64,000 nucleotides of DNA from an uncultured Gaiellaceae bacterium. Lineage in GTDB: Bacteria > Actinomycetota > Thermoleophilia > Gaiellales > Gaiellaceae. Under the pieces are notes generated by a model that made no database searches, was not told where the DNA came from, and saw only the letters and a program-made list of their open reading frames with translations. Position 1 is the stretch's first letter. Every line of letters begins with the position of its first letter. Of the stretch, positions 39,743 to 55,252 are shown one piece after another. The DNA lies in the NCBI GenBank assembly GCA_963731095.1, contig CAVSUK010000015.1, forward strand, positions 46-64,045, given 5' to 3'. A program made the translations under genes and the position numbers.

Positions 39743-40800
39743 TCGTCAGCGAGGTCACGCTCCGCGACTTCCGGTCGTATGCCCGGCTCGAGCTCGCACT
39801 CGAGCCGGGCCTCGTGCTCGTGACCGGGCGAAACGGCTCCGGCAAGACCAACCTGCTCGAATCGTTGCACGTGGGCACCCAGGGCTTCTCTCCGCGGACA
39901 CGCTCGGACGCGCAGCTCGTCCGGCACGGCGCCGACCGCGCCCGCGTCTTGCTGCGGGGGTCGCGCTACGGGATCGACACCGATGTGGACGTCTCGCTCG
40001 CCCTGCACGAGGGCAAGCAGGCCCGCCTCAACGGAGCCCTGCTGCGCTCCGCCGAGCAGTTGCGCAGCGAGGTGACGACGCTCGTGTTCACGCCCGACCG
40101 CCTGGCGGTGGTGAAGGGGGGCCCTGCGGCCAGACGCGCGTACTTCGACCGCGTGCTCGGCCGGCTCTACCCGGCTCGCGCCGCGCTGCCTCTCGAGTAC
40201 GGCGCTGCGATCGGGCAGCGCAACGCGGCGCTCCGCCGGGTTGCCGCCGGCGCATCGTCCCGTGAGGCGATCACCCCGTGGACGCTCCAGGTGGCGGAGC
40301 TCGGGATCTCGCTGACGGCCGCACGTCGGGACGCGATCGACCTGCTCTCGTCCACCTTCGCCGAGCGCGCCGGTGAGCTCGGGCTGCCCGCTGCGCTTCT
40401 CCTCTACGATCCCGAGCCGCCGACGGTGGCCGCGCTCGACCAGCGCCTCGACCGCGACCTGGAGCGTGGCACCACGGGGCTCGGACCGCATCTCGACGAC
40501 ATCGTCCTCCGCTCGGGCGACCGCGACCTGCGTACCTACGGCTCGCAGGGAGAGCAGCGCCTGGCCGTGCTCTCGCTGCTTCTGGCGGAGGCCGAGCTGC
40601 TGACAAGGCGGAGGGGCCTGCCGCCGCTCCTGCTTCTCGACGATGTGCTCTCGGAGCTCGACGAGGGCCGGCGAAGGATTCTCAGCGAGCGCATCGGCAC
40701 CGTGGGCCAGACGGTGATCACTGCGACCGGCTCGGAGGCGCTTCCGCTCGCGCCGGCGCAGCTGCTCGCGGTCACACCCGGAACCGTCGTCCGCGTCTGA
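39739..40800 (+). CDS. recF: DNA replication/repair protein RecF (probable CTG start)
   Basis: LIVSEVTLRDFRSY..G.NGSGKTNLLE, GPH.DD, GSQGEQR, LLLDDVLSELD. Confidence 0.93.
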   Translation: MIVSEVTLRDFRSYARLELALEPGLVLVTGRNGSGKTNLLESLHVGTQGFSPRTRSDAQLVRHGADRARVLLRGSRYGIDTDVDVSLALHEGKQARLNGALLRSAEQLRSEVTTLVFTPDRLAVVKGGPAARRAYFDRVLGRLYPARAALPLEYGAAIGQRNAALRRVAAGASSREAITPWTLQVAELGISLTAARRDAIDLLSSTFAERAGELGLPAALLLYDPEPPTVAALDQRLDRDLERGTTGLGPHLDDIVLRSGDRDLRTYGSQGEQRLAVLSLLLAEAELLTRRRGLPPLLLLDDVLSELDEGRRRILSERIGTVGQTVITATGSEALPLAPAQLLAVTPGTVVRV

Positions 40801-41267
40801 TGGAGAAGCTCGACGGCACCGTGCGGCGCGCACTCCAGGGGGTCGGCGTCCCGGACGCCGGCCAGGTCGCGGAGCTGACAGCTGCCTGGCCGGATGCCGT
40901 GGGCGACGCGATCGCCAGAGCCGCCTGGCCGCAGCGGATCTCGCGGGACGGAACCCTGATCGTCGCCACCGCCTCCTCCACGTGGGCCTTCGAGCTCGGC
41001 CGCATGGCGCCCGAGATCCTGGAGAAGCTGCGAGAGGCGGTTCCCGCTGCCGCGCCCACCGGCCTGAAGTTCGTGCCGGGCCCCGTGCCGGAGCCACCGG
41101 CGCCCCTGCCGGTCGAGGGCGCCCCGGATCACCTCGAGATCGCCCCCGAGGATGTCCGCGAGGCAGCCAGGTTGACCGCCGCGATCGAGGACGACGACTT
41201 GCGGGAAGCGGTGGCGCGGGCGGCCGCAGCGAGCCTCGCAAGGGCCCGCGCCGACCGGGGTTTCTGA
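40800..41267 (+). CDS. DUF721/DciA family protein
   Basis: WPDAVG..IA, L.V...SSTWAFEL; canonical position between recF and gyrB. Confidence 0.85.
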   Translation: MEKLDGTVRRALQGVGVPDAGQVAELTAAWPDAVGDAIARAAWPQRISRDGTLIVATASSTWAFELGRMAPEILEKLREAVPAAAPTGLKFVPGPVPEPPAPLPVEGAPDHLEIAPEDVREAARLTAAIEDDDLREAVARAAAASLARARADRGF

Positions 41268-41312
41268 TAGACTAAAGGTTCCTTGCAAATCCCTCATTTG
41301 CAGGGATTTTTT
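41265..41312 (+). promoter_or_regulatory. putative gyrB promoter (TG-n-TAGACT) followed by an AT-rich inverted repeat
   Basis: tgaTAGACT at 41265-41273; ccttgcaaatccctcatttgcagggatttttt at 41281-41312. Confidence 0.5.
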
Positions 41313-41326
41313 CGTGACTGGAGTGA

Positions 41327-46295
<4,969 letters not shown>

Positions 46296-46315
46296 GGAGG
46301 AGGCCCTGCTTCGCC

Positions 46316-47188
46316 CTACGTCGCCGTACGCAGTGCTGCGGCAGCCTGTTCGGGCGCCACAGCGTTGACATAGATGCCTGCGCCGAGCTCCGCGCCGCCG
46401 AGCATGTTCAGGCGCGGCACGACCTCGATGTGCCAGTGCCCCGCGTCGTGGAGCCACGCGTTCCAGGCGACCGGCCCCTCCAACCGCCGCAACCGCCTCA
46501 TTGCCTCGCCGAGCAGCCGGAGTGCCGTCACGAGTCCGTCGCCGTCGGCGAGCCCGGAAGCACGGTGCTCGAGCGGTGCGATCAGCAGCTCGTACGGCAC
46601 GTGCCCTGCCGGATGGGCGAGGAGCACCACTCCGTCGTTCTCGAGCACGACGTGGCCCCCGTCCGCCGTCTCGGCGGCGGCGAGCCGGCAGAGGACGCAG
46701 GTCCCCCGCTCGAGGCGTGGCAGCTCCGCCGCCAGCGCCGGCGGTGGCTCCGGCAGCGGCACGAGCTGCGAGTGCGTGTGGGCGAGGCTCGCTCCTGCTG
46801 CCCGACCCTCGTTCACGAACGCGTGCAGGTAGGGAAAGCCCTGGTCGAGCGCGTTGCGGGCGCGTAGCTGCCACGCCTCGGCCATCAGGGCCAGCTGGTC
46901 GTCGGACAGCTCCGCGAGCGTCCGCACGTGGCGCGGCGCGTGGACCACGACCTCCTGCCGGTCGAAGGCCGGGTACCGGTTCGGGAAGACGCGGACCTGC
47001 CACGGCCCGCCCCCGAGACGCAGCGTCTCGGGAGGCGTCAGATGCTCGCGGCCCGCGCAGAACGGGCACTGCTCGACTTCGTCCAGCGTGGCAGGCGGGA
47101 TCCGGCCGACGGCCTCACCCGGCCGCAGCCGCCGTCCCGGCGCCACGATGGTCGAGCGACCCGAGAGCGGGTCGTGCCGGCGGTCTAC
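46316..47188 (-). CDS. galT: galactose-1-phosphate uridylyltransferase-like (HIT superfamily); start uncertain
   Basis: [45 protein letters not shown]. Confidence 0.8.
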   Translation of the reverse strand, partial: VDRRHDPLSGRSTIVAPGRRLRPGEAVGRIPPATLDEVEQCPFCAGREHLTPPETLRLGGGPWQVRVFPNRYPAFDRQEVVVHAPRHVRTLAELSDDQLALMAEAWQLRARNALDQGFPYLHAFVNEGRAAGASLAHTHSQLVPLPEPPPALAAELPRLERGTCVLCRLAAAETADGGHVVLENDGVVLLAHPAGHVPYELLIAPLEHRASGLADGDGLVTALRLLGEAMRRLRRLEGPVAWNAWLHDAGHWHIEVVPRLNMLGGAELGAGIYVNAVAPEQAAAALRTAT

Positions 47189-47952
47189 CGTTCTTCTCCC
47201 GCGAGCTTCGAGAGGGCGGTCAGCAGGTCGATCGGGATCGGGAACACGATTGTGGAGTTGTTGTTCGACCCGATCTCGAGCAGCGTCTGCAGATAGCGGA
47301 GCTGCACCGTGATGGGCTCCTGCGCCATCACCGCGGCCGCGTCCTTGAGCCGCTCGGAGGCCTGGAACTCGCCCTCCGCCGAGATCACCTTCGCGCGCCG
47401 CTCGCGCTCCGACTCGGCCTGCCGCGCCATCGCGCGCTGCATGTCCGACGGGATCTCGACGTCCTTCACCTCGACGATCGAGACCTTGATGCCCCACGGC
47501 GAGGTGGCGTCGTCGATGATCGACTGCAGCAGCACGTTGATCTTGTCGCGCTCCGAGAGCAGCTCGTCCAGCTGGTGCTGGCCGAGCACCGAGCGCAGCG
47601 TCGTCTGCGCGATCTGCGAGGTCGCCGCCATGTAGTTCTCGACCTGCACGATCGCGGCCTTCGGCTCCACGATGCGGAAGTACGCGACCGCGTTGACCCG
47701 CACCGGGACGTTGTCCTTCGTGATCACCTCCTGCGGCGGCACGTTCAGCGTCACCGTGCGGAGGTCGACCTTCACCATACGGTCGATCACGGGAATCAGG
47801 ATGAACAGGCCCGGGCCTTTCGGCGCGGGCAGCAGCCGTCCGAGCCGGAAGATCACTGCGCGCTCGTACTCGCGCGCGATCTTCACCGTCGCGAAGAAGA
47901 GGAGCACGAGCAGAACCAGGATCACGGCGGCGACGATCAGCGCGGTCGACAC
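47185..47952 (-). CDS. SPFH/stomatin-like (slipin) protein
   Basis: [53 protein letters not shown]. Confidence 0.95.
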   Translation of the reverse strand: MSTALIVAAVILVLLVLLFFATVKIAREYERAVIFRLGRLLPAPKGPGLFILIPVIDRMVKVDLRTVTLNVPPQEVITKDNVPVRVNAVAYFRIVEPKAAIVQVENYMAATSQIAQTTLRSVLGQHQLDELLSERDKINVLLQSIIDDATSPWGIKVSIVEVKDVEIPSDMQRAMARQAESERERRAKVISAEGEFQASERLKDAAAVMAQEPITVQLRYLQTLLEIGSNNNSTIVFPIPIDLLTALSKLAGEER

Positions 47953-47954
47953 GG

Positions 47955-49292
47955 TCAGTCCCTTTCGTTGGAGTGCACAGATCCTACGACCAGCTCGAGG
48001 TCGTCCTCGACGGATTCGACGACAACGTGCTCGCCGGGCTGGAGCGGCGCGCCGTCTGCGCGCCGGGCGCGCCACAGCTCGCCGTTCACCGAAACGAGGC
48101 CGCCGCGCCGGACCTCGCCTGCGTCGCCGACGAGGTGCTGGACGCCGACCTGCACCGGGCTCCGTCGCACGCGCACGACGCGGGTGAGCGCGAGCCCGAG
48201 CAGCAGGGTGAGCGTGGCGGCGATCCCCACAGCGGTCCAGAGCGACACCTGGTAGGCGGGACCGGCCGGGTCGAACAGCATCAGCGCGCCGATCACGAAC
48301 ATGATCGCGCCCGCGACGGTGATCGCGCCGTGGCTTGGGACGAACGCCTCGGCGGCAAAGAACGCGAACGAGAGCAGCAGTAGGAGCCCACCGGCAACCG
48401 ATACGGGGAGCACCTGCAGCCCGTAGAGGCCGACGATCAGAGAGATCGCACCCACCGTGCCGGGGAAGATCAGGCCCGGGTTCCAAAGCTCGACGAGGAT
48501 GCCGACGACGCCGAGCGACAGCATCAGCGCGATCAGGTTCGGGTCGATCAGCAGGTCGAGCGCCTTCTTCCAGCCCGACATCTCCACCCGTTCCACCTGC
48601 GCCCCCGCCGTCTGCAGTGTCAGCCCCTTGGGCTTCGTCACCCACCCGTCTATCTGCTCGAGCAGGTCGGGCAGGGTCGGCGAGATGAGGTCGGCGATGT
48701 TGCGCGCCACAGCCTCCCGGGCACCATAGTTCGCGGCCTCCCGAACCATCGCCTCGGCCGCCTCGGCGTTCCGGCCGTGCTCGCGGGCGAGCTCGGCGAT
48801 GTACGCCGCCGCGTCGTTCACGACCTTCCGGCGCAGGTCGTCCGAGAGGTCCTCGCCGCTCGTCGAGATCGGCGTGGAAGACCCGATGTTCGTCTGCGGC
48901 GCCATCGCCAGTACGTCGGCTGCCTGCCCGATCACGGCGCCGGCCGAGTCGGCGCTCGCGCCGGACGGCGCCACCCAGACGACCACCGGCACCTTGGCGG
49001 CGAGGAACGACTTGACGACCTTCCGCATCGACGAGCCGAGCCCGCCCGGGGTGTCGAGCTCGACCACGAGCGCGGCGTAGCCGCCGCGCTCGGCGCGCCG
49101 CACCTGCTCCTGCAGATAGTCCTGCGTGACCGGGTTGACGTCGTTGTCGAACACGGCGACGAGCACCCGCGGCGTCGCGGTGGCAGCGGGAAGCGCCGAC
49201 GCGCCTGCGAGACCCAGTGCTCCCGCGAGGCCCAAGGCTCCCGCGAGAACGATGAGGAGAAGTGAAAAGCCCCGCAAATGGGGTACTGCCAT
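47955..49292 (-). CDS. long-form NfeD (ClpP-like domain, TMs, OB fold)
   Basis: [32 protein letters not shown]; paired with the stomatin gene. Confidence 0.9.
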   Translation of the reverse strand: MAVPHLRGFSLLLIVLAGALGLAGALGLAGASALPAATATPRVLVAVFDNDVNPVTQDYLQEQVRRAERGGYAALVVELDTPGGLGSSMRKVVKSFLAAKVPVVVWVAPSGASADSAGAVIGQAADVLAMAPQTNIGSSTPISTSGEDLSDDLRRKVVNDAAAYIAELAREHGRNAEAAEAMVREAANYGAREAVARNIADLISPTLPDLLEQIDGWVTKPKGLTLQTAGAQVERVEMSGWKKALDLLIDPNLIALMLSLGVVGILVELWNPGLIFPGTVGAISLIVGLYGLQVLPVSVAGGLLLLLSFAFFAAEAFVPSHGAITVAGAIMFVIGALMLFDPAGPAYQVSLWTAVGIAATLTLLLGLALTRVVRVRRSPVQVGVQHLVGDAGEVRRGGLVSVNGELWRARRADGAPLQPGEHVVVESVEDDLELVVGSVHSNERD

Positions 49293-49368
49293 CGGCCGTA
49301 AGGATTCTATCAGGGTGAGGCCGAATCCCTTGTGGTCGGGCGTTGCGTGCGCCACCCTGGATGTCCAC

Positions 49369-51498
49369 GTGAGAAAGCTCCTCGCCGCCGCCGCTTTCAT
49401 CCTCGCCGTCGTGCTTCCGCATGCCGCTCTCGCCGGCCCGGCCACGATCACCTCGCGCGACCTGCCGCTGCCGGGCGAACGTGCGCTCGCGGGACCGACA
49501 CCGCGCTTCGACCTCGTCGGTGTGCACTGGCGCGGCAGCGGCAGTGTCGAGCTCAGCACCCGGTCGTCGGCCGGCCGCTGGAGCAGCTGGCTGCCGGCGG
49601 CGGCGGAGGAGGACGACCAGCCGGATCGACGTAGCCGGGAAGGCGCCGCCGCTCGTGGCTGGCGAGTCGGCAACCCGATCTGGACCGGGCCGTCGTCCGC
49701 CATCCGCTATCGCACGACCGGCCGCGTCACGGCGCTCCGGGCGTACTTCGTGCGCAGCCCCGTCGTCAGGGTGCCGTTCCGGGCGCCCGCGGTGGCCGCC
49801 TCACCGCCGATCGTCCCGCGCAGCGCCTGGGGAGCGAACGAGTCCATCAGGGCCGGAGCCCCGCAATACGCAGCCTCGGTGCGGTACGCCGTCGTCCACC
49901 ACACCGCCGGCACGAACACCTACACCCGCGCCGAGGCGCCTGCCGTCGTCCGCGGGATCCAGCTCTACCACGTGAAGAGCAACGGCTGGAACGACATCGG
50001 CTACAACTTCCTCGTCGACCGCTTCGGCACCGTCTACGAGGGCCGCTACGGCGGCGTCGACAGGAACGTCGTCGGCGCCCACGCGAAGGGCTTCAACACC
50101 GGCTCCGTCGGCGTGGCCGTGATCGGGAGCTTCGAGGGGACGTCGATCCCCGCAGCCGCGCGGTCGTCGCTCGCGGCGCTCCTGGCCTGGCGCCTCGACC
50201 TCGCCCACGTCGACCCGCTCTCGACGCTGAACGTCGTCTCGAGCGGCAGCGACCGCTTCCCCGCAGGCATCCCCGTCTTCCTGCGCGGCGTCTCCGGTCA
50301 CCGGGACACCGGGCTGACCGCCTGCCCTGGCGACGCGCTCTACGCACAGCTCGGCGCCATCGCGGGCGAGACGCAGGCCGTCGGACTGCCGAAGCTCTAC
50401 GAGCCGAGAGTGACCGGAGCCCTGGGCGGGATGGTCCGCTTCCGCGCACGCCTCTCCACTGCGCTGCCGTGGACGGTCGCGATCACCGACGCCGCCGGCG
50501 CGACGCTCGCGACCGGCAGCGGCTCGGGTGCCGCGGTGGACTGGTCGTGGGACACGACCGGCCTGGCGCTCCCCGACGCTCGCTGGCGGATCGGCGCGGG
50601 CTCGACGGTTACCGCCGCAGCCGGCTCGCTCGGGGTGCCGGGGCCGGGAACCGGCGGCGGCGTCGGCATCCCCAGCACCGGGCTCGCGATCACGGGGGCG
50701 GCCGCCGACCCGGAGACGATCAGCCCGAACGCGGACGGCGCCTCCGACGCGACTACGCTTCTCTACACGACCAACGCGGCTGCGACGGTGGACGTGACGC
50801 TGCTCGATGCGGCAGGCGCCGTCGTCACGCAGCTGCTCGCGCCCACCCGCACCGCCGCCGGCGAGCACACGCTGATCTTCGACGGTCTCGGCCTCCCGGA
50901 CGGCGTGTACACGATCGTGGTGACTGCGATCGGAAGCGACGGAGCACGGGTGGTGAGCCCCGTCACGGTACGCATCACCCGCACGCTCGGACAGGCGACC
51001 GTCGCGCCCGCGTTGTTCGCTCCGGGCGCGGCCGGGCGGCCCGCCCGGCTCGACGTCGGGTTCCAGCTCGCGGTGCCCGCCACGGTCCGCGTCCGCATCC
51101 TGCGCGACGGCAGGTGGGTGGCGACGCCGTTCTCCGGAGCCCTCGCCCAGGGCGCGCAGCTCGTCGGCTGGGACGGAGCAAAGCGCGTCGGGCGCGCGCT
51201 CGACGGCCAGTACACAGCGGTCGTCGAGGCCACGGACGCCGTCGGCACGGCCTCGGTCGTGCTTCCCTTCGTGAAGGACGCGACGCCGCCCCGGCTCCGG
51301 GTCCTCGCAGGCAAGGCGCCGCGGCTCTGGGTCTCGGAGCCCGCCACCCTCACCGTGCGCGCCAACGGCGCCCTGCGTCGTCTCGAGGCGCCTGCCGCCG
51401 GCCCGCTCCTGTTGCCTGGGATCCGGAAGCTGCGCACCCTCGTTGCCGTCGCCCGTGACGCCGCCGGCAACCGCACCGTCTTCCGGCTCGCCTCGTAG
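49369..51498 (+). CDS. secreted N-acetylmuramoyl-L-alanine amidase (Amidase_2/PGRP) with FlgD-like Ig repeats
   Basis: Signal peptide; [35 protein letters not shown]; SPNADG and WDG motifs. Confidence 0.88.
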   Translation: MRKLLAAAAFILAVVLPHAALAGPATITSRDLPLPGERALAGPTPRFDLVGVHWRGSGSVELSTRSSAGRWSSWLPAAAEEDDQPDRRSREGAAARGWRVGNPIWTGPSSAIRYRTTGRVTALRAYFVRSPVVRVPFRAPAVAASPPIVPRSAWGANESIRAGAPQYAASVRYAVVHHTAGTNTYTRAEAPAVVRGIQLYHVKSNGWNDIGYNFLVDRFGTVYEGRYGGVDRNVVGAHAKGFNTGSVGVAVIGSFEGTSIPAAARSSLAALLAWRLDLAHVDPLSTLNVVSSGSDRFPAGIPVFLRGVSGHRDTGLTACPGDALYAQLGAIAGETQAVGLPKLYEPRVTGALGGMVRFRARLSTALPWTVAITDAAGATLATGSGSGAAVDWSWDTTGLALPDARWRIGAGSTVTAAAGSLGVPGPGTGGGVGIPSTGLAITGAAADPETISPNADGASDATTLLYTTNAAATVDVTLLDAAGAVVTQLLAPTRTAAGEHTLIFDGLGLPDGVYTIVVTAIGSDGARVVSPVTVRITRTLGQATVAPALFAPGAAGRPARLDVGFQLAVPATVRVRILRDGRWVATPFSGALAQGAQLVGWDGAKRVGRALDGQYTAVVEATDAVGTASVVLPFVKDATPPRLRVLAGKAPRLWVSEPATLTVRANGALRRLEAPAAGPLLLPGIRKLRTLVAVARDAAGNRTVFRLAS

Positions 51499-51539
51499 GA
51501 GGCCGAGGCGTGTGCGGCCTCTGCCAGTAAACTCGCTCC

Positions 51540-52160
51540 GTGCAACCCTCCCTCCGCCCGCGCCGTCGAATCGGACGTGAGCTGCGGCCCCAGCAACCTC
51601 TCGTCTACGAGCGACTCAGCGACCCGATCCTCGTGAGACGTGCAAAGGATGGAGACGCAAGAGCGCTCGAGGTGCTCTGTGAGCGTCATGCTCCGCGGGT
51701 GGAGCGGCTCGCCCGGCACGTCCTCGGCGACCCGGAGGACGCACGCGACGCCGCGCAGGAGACGCTCGCGAAGATGTGCGTGAAGATCGGACAGTTTCGC
51801 GGCGAGGCGGCGCTGTCGACGTGGCTCCACCGGCTCACCCTGAACACCTGCAGGGACGTCACCCAGCACCGCAGCGCGCGCCGCACCTCGCCCCTCGTCG
51901 AGGACGGGCGTGTCGCGACCGACGCCGCTCCCGACCGGGAGGCGGAGCTCGCGGAGCTGCGCGCGGAGCTCCGGAGCGGGCTCGCGGAGCTGCCGACAGG
52001 GCAGGCTACGGTGCTCGTGCTCAAGGATGCGCTCGGGTTCTCCTTCCAGGAGATCTCCGACGCGTCGGGCATGCCCGTGGGAACTGCCAAGTGCTACGCG
52101 CATCGCGGCCGCGCCGGCATGCGCGACCTGCTCCAGCAGAGGGTCGAGACCCCCGTTTGA
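51540..52160 (+). CDS. ECF-type RNA polymerase sigma factor
   Basis: GDARALE, DARDAAQE, FRG...STWLHR...N, region 4 FSFQEIS..GMPVGTAK. Confidence 0.9.
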   Translation: MQPSLRPRRRIGRELRPQQPLVYERLSDPILVRRAKDGDARALEVLCERHAPRVERLARHVLGDPEDARDAAQETLAKMCVKIGQFRGEAALSTWLHRLTLNTCRDVTQHRSARRTSPLVEDGRVATDAAPDREAELAELRAELRSGLAELPTGQATVLVLKDALGFSFQEISDASGMPVGTAKCYAHRGRAGMRDLLQQRVETPV

Positions 52161-52597
52161 GCCTCGCCGTCCCCTTCGGACGGGATCGGATCGAGGAGAT
52201 CCTCCCGCACCGCGACCCCTTCCTGCTGCTCGACGAGGTGATCGAGCTCGAGGAGGGCCGCAAGGTGGTCGCGACCCGGCTCGTCCGCGCCGACGACTGG
52301 TGGTTCCCTGGCCACTTCCCCGGGCGGCCCGTCATGCCCGGCGTTCTCATCGTCGAGGCGATGGCACAGGCCGGCGCGGTGGCCGTGCTCGTGGAGGAGG
52401 TCAACCGGGGCAAGATCGCCTTCTTCGCCGGCATCGACGACTGCCGCTTCAAGCGGATCGTCGAGCCGGGAGACGTCCTCACGCTCACCTGCGAGATCGA
52501 TACGATCCGCGGTCCCATCGGCCGTGGCAAGGCGACGGCCCACGTGGGGGCCGAGCTCGCTGCACGCGGTACGTTGACGTTCGCGGTGGAGCGGTGA
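52157..52597 (+). CDS. fabZ: 3-hydroxyacyl-ACP dehydratase
   Basis: LPHRDPFLLLD, FPGHFPGRPVMPGVLIVEAMAQ; TTG 52157 overlaps the sigma stop. Confidence 0.96.
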   Translation: MSLAVPFGRDRIEEILPHRDPFLLLDEVIELEEGRKVVATRLVRADDWWFPGHFPGRPVMPGVLIVEAMAQAGAVAVLVEEVNRGKIAFFAGIDDCRFKRIVEPGDVLTLTCEIDTIRGPIGRGKATAHVGAELAARGTLTFAVER

Positions 52598-53592
52598 TCG
52601 GGGTCGCCAGCGGCCGCCCGATCGGGATCACGGGCCTCGGTGTGCACGTGCCCGAGCGGGTGATGACGAACGACGACCTTGCCGCCTACGTCGACACCTC
52701 CGACGAGTGGATCCGCGAGCGCACCGGGATCCGCGAGCGTCGTATCGCCTCGCCCGACGAGGCTCTCACAGACATCGCCCTGCCGGCCGCCAGAGCCGCG
52801 CTCGCGGACGCGGGCGTGCAGGCGGGCGACATCGACCTGCTGATCTGCGCCACCGTCACGCCGGACATGATGTTCCCCACCTCGTCGGCGTTGATGGCGG
52901 ACACGCTCGGCATGCCCGACGCGGCCGCGTACGACCTCCTCGCGGGCTGCACAGGCTTCATGTACGCGATCACCCAGGCATACGGGATGCTGGCCTCGGG
53001 GCTGTCGAAGCGTGCGCTCGTCGTGGGTGGCGACGTGCTCTCGAAGATCCTCGACTGGGACGACCGCTCCACGCTCGTGCTCTTCGGCGACGGCGCCGGC
53101 GCCGTGGTGATGGAGCCGGTGCAGCAGGGCGGCTTCCTCGGTTTCGAGCTCGGCGCGGACGGCGGCGGCGGCATCCATCTCTGCTACCCCGGCAGCGGCT
53201 CGCGCCGCTTCGACGACCCTCACTCGATCCTCAAGATGAACGGCCGGGAGGTGTTCAAGTTCGCGACCAGGGTGATGGTCTCGTCCGCGGAGGCCGTCCT
53301 CGCAGCCTGCGGCCGCTCGATCGACGAGGTCGACGTGTACGTCCCGCACCAGGCGAACAAGCGGATCATCGACTACGCGGTCGGTAAGCTCGGCGTGGCG
53401 CCGGAGAAGACGGTGGTCAACGTGGACAGGTACGGCAACACCTCATCGGGCTCCATTCCGCTCGCGCTGGCCGACGCGCGCGTGGACGGGCGGCTCACCG
53501 AGGGCGCGCTCGTGCTGATGACGGGGATGGGCGCCGGCCTCACGTGGGGATCGGCGCTCGTGGAATGGACGAACGGAAAGGGTGCGGCATGA
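52594..53592 (+). CDS. fabH: beta-ketoacyl-ACP synthase III
   Basis: DTSDEWIRERTGI, AGCTGF, FGDGAGA, PHQAN, GNTSS. Confidence 0.96.
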   Translation: MIGVASGRPIGITGLGVHVPERVMTNDDLAAYVDTSDEWIRERTGIRERRIASPDEALTDIALPAARAALADAGVQAGDIDLLICATVTPDMMFPTSSALMADTLGMPDAAAYDLLAGCTGFMYAITQAYGMLASGLSKRALVVGGDVLSKILDWDDRSTLVLFGDGAGAVVMEPVQQGGFLGFELGADGGGGIHLCYPGSGSRRFDDPHSILKMNGREVFKFATRVMVSSAEAVLAACGRSIDEVDVYVPHQANKRIIDYAVGKLGVAPEKTVVNVDRYGNTSSGSIPLALADARVDGRLTEGALVLMTGMGAGLTWGSALVEWTNGKGAA

Positions 53593-54512
53593 CGAAGGTG
53601 GCTTTTTGCTTTCCGGGGCAGGGCTCGCTCGAAGCCGGCATGGGCCGCGACGTCGCCGAGGCCGTGCCCGAGGCGATGGAGGTCTACCGGCTCGGCAGCG
53701 AAGCCTCCGGTCTCGACCTGCAGCGTCTCTGCTTCGACTCACCGATCGAGGATCTCGTCGAGACCGAGGTCCAGCAGCCAGCGCTCGTCGCGACCTCCCT
53801 CGCCATTCTCGCCGCGCTTCGTGCCGACGGGCTCGAGCCCGACATCGTCGTCGGGCACTCGGTGGGCGAGTTCGCGGCGCTCGCCTCGGTCGGCGCGATC
53901 GGCACCGGTGAGGCGATCGGCCTCGTGCGCGAGCGCGGTCTGGCGATGGCCGAGGCCGCCCGCATGCACCCCGGCGCGATGGCGGCCATCCTCGGGCTCG
54001 AGGACGAGGCGGTGGAGAACCTCTGTCGCAAGATCATCGGAGTCTGGCCCGCCAACTACAACTGTCCCGGCCAGATCGTGATCTCCGGCGAGCACGACGC
54101 GGTGGAGGTGTTGTGCGTCGAGGCCGAGGGCCTCGGCGCCCGACGAGCGATCCGGCTGAAGGTGTCGGGCGCGTTCCACAGCCCCCTCGTCGCGCGTGCA
54201 GCCGACCGGCTCAAGCCCGCCGTCGAGCGGATCCGCTTCCACGACCCCATTGCCCCCTTCATGTCGACGGTCACGGCGCGCGTCGAGCCGGCCACGCGGC
54301 TCGGATCGCTGCTCGTCGACCAGCTCACGGCGCCAGTCCGCTTCACGCAGGCGGCGCGGGCGCTCGTGACCGACGGGGTCACCACGTTCGTGGAGGTTGG
54401 CCCCGGCAACGTGCTCTCAGGGCTCGTCAAGCGCATCGACAAGAGCGTTCGCGCCATCTCGGTCAACGACCTCGCGAGCCTCGAGAAGGCACGAGAGGTC
54501 CTGTCCGCGTGA
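53589..54512 (+). CDS. fabD: malonyl-CoA:ACP transacylase
   Basis: FPGQGS, GHSVGE, VSGAFHS, EVGPG. Confidence 0.96.
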   Translation: MTKVAFCFPGQGSLEAGMGRDVAEAVPEAMEVYRLGSEASGLDLQRLCFDSPIEDLVETEVQQPALVATSLAILAALRADGLEPDIVVGHSVGEFAALASVGAIGTGEAIGLVRERGLAMAEAARMHPGAMAAILGLEDEAVENLCRKIIGVWPANYNCPGQIVISGEHDAVEVLCVEAEGLGARRAIRLKVSGAFHSPLVARAADRLKPAVERIRFHDPIAPFMSTVTARVEPATRLGSLLVDQLTAPVRFTQAARALVTDGVTTFVEVGPGNVLSGLVKRIDKSVRAISVNDLASLEKAREVLSA

Positions 54513-55240
54513 GCAGCGGGTTCTGCTCGCTGGCCGGCAGGACGGCCCTCGTCACGGGCGCCTCGCGCGGCATCGGCCGCGCCGTCGCGCTCGAGCTGGG
54601 CCGTGCCGGAGCCACCGTCGTGGTCGGCTATCGCAGCGGGCGGGAGGAGGCCGAAGCGGTGGCGGCGGAGATCGGCGGCAGGGCCGTGCAGGCGGACGTC
54701 TCGGACCCCGGGTCGGCCGCCGCGCTCGTCGAGGCGGCGGGCGACCTCGACATCCTCGTCAACAACGCCGGCCTCACCCGCGACGGGCTGCTCGCCCGCA
54801 TGTCGGACGAGGACTGGCGCACCGTCATCGACACCAACCTCTCGTCGGTCTTCTACACCTGCCGCGCCGTCGCGCGGCCGATGATGAAGAAGCGGGCGGG
54901 GGCGATCGTCAACGTGTCCTCGATCGTGGGCGTCCACGGCAACTGGGGGCAGACGAACTACGCAGCCTCCAAGGCCGGCATCATCGGCTTCACGAAGTCG
55001 CTTGCCCGCGAGCTCGGCAGCCGCAACGTTCGCGCCAACGTCGTCGCACCCGGCTACGTCCGCACCCAGCTCACCGAGGTGCTGCCCGAGGAGGCGACGC
55101 AGACGATGCTGCAGCAGACGCCGCTCGGCCGCCTCGGCGATCCGGAGGACGTCGCGGGGGCGGTCCGGTTCCTCTGCTCCGACGAGGCCTCTTTCGTCAC
55201 GGGTGAAGTGCTGCTCGTCGACGGCGGCCTCGGCATGTAG
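54509..55240 (+). CDS. fabG: 3-oxoacyl-ACP reductase
   Basis: TGASRGIG, NNAGLTRD, NYAASKAG, VDGG. Confidence 0.96.
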   Translation: MSSGFCSLAGRTALVTGASRGIGRAVALELGRAGATVVVGYRSGREEAEAVAAEIGGRAVQADVSDPGSAAALVEAAGDLDILVNNAGLTRDGLLARMSDEDWRTVIDTNLSSVFYTCRAVARPMMKKRAGAIVNVSSIVGVHGNWGQTNYAASKAGIIGFTKSLARELGSRNVRANVVAPGYVRTQLTEVLPEEATQTMLQQTPLGRLGDPEDVAGAVRFLCSDEASFVTGEVLLVDGGLGM

Positions 55241-55252
55241 CCTCCCCTCTCC

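Noticed and set aside
49361-49376. atgtccacgtgagaaa as a second parS
   Set aside because: Poor palindrome that overlaps the amidase start codon
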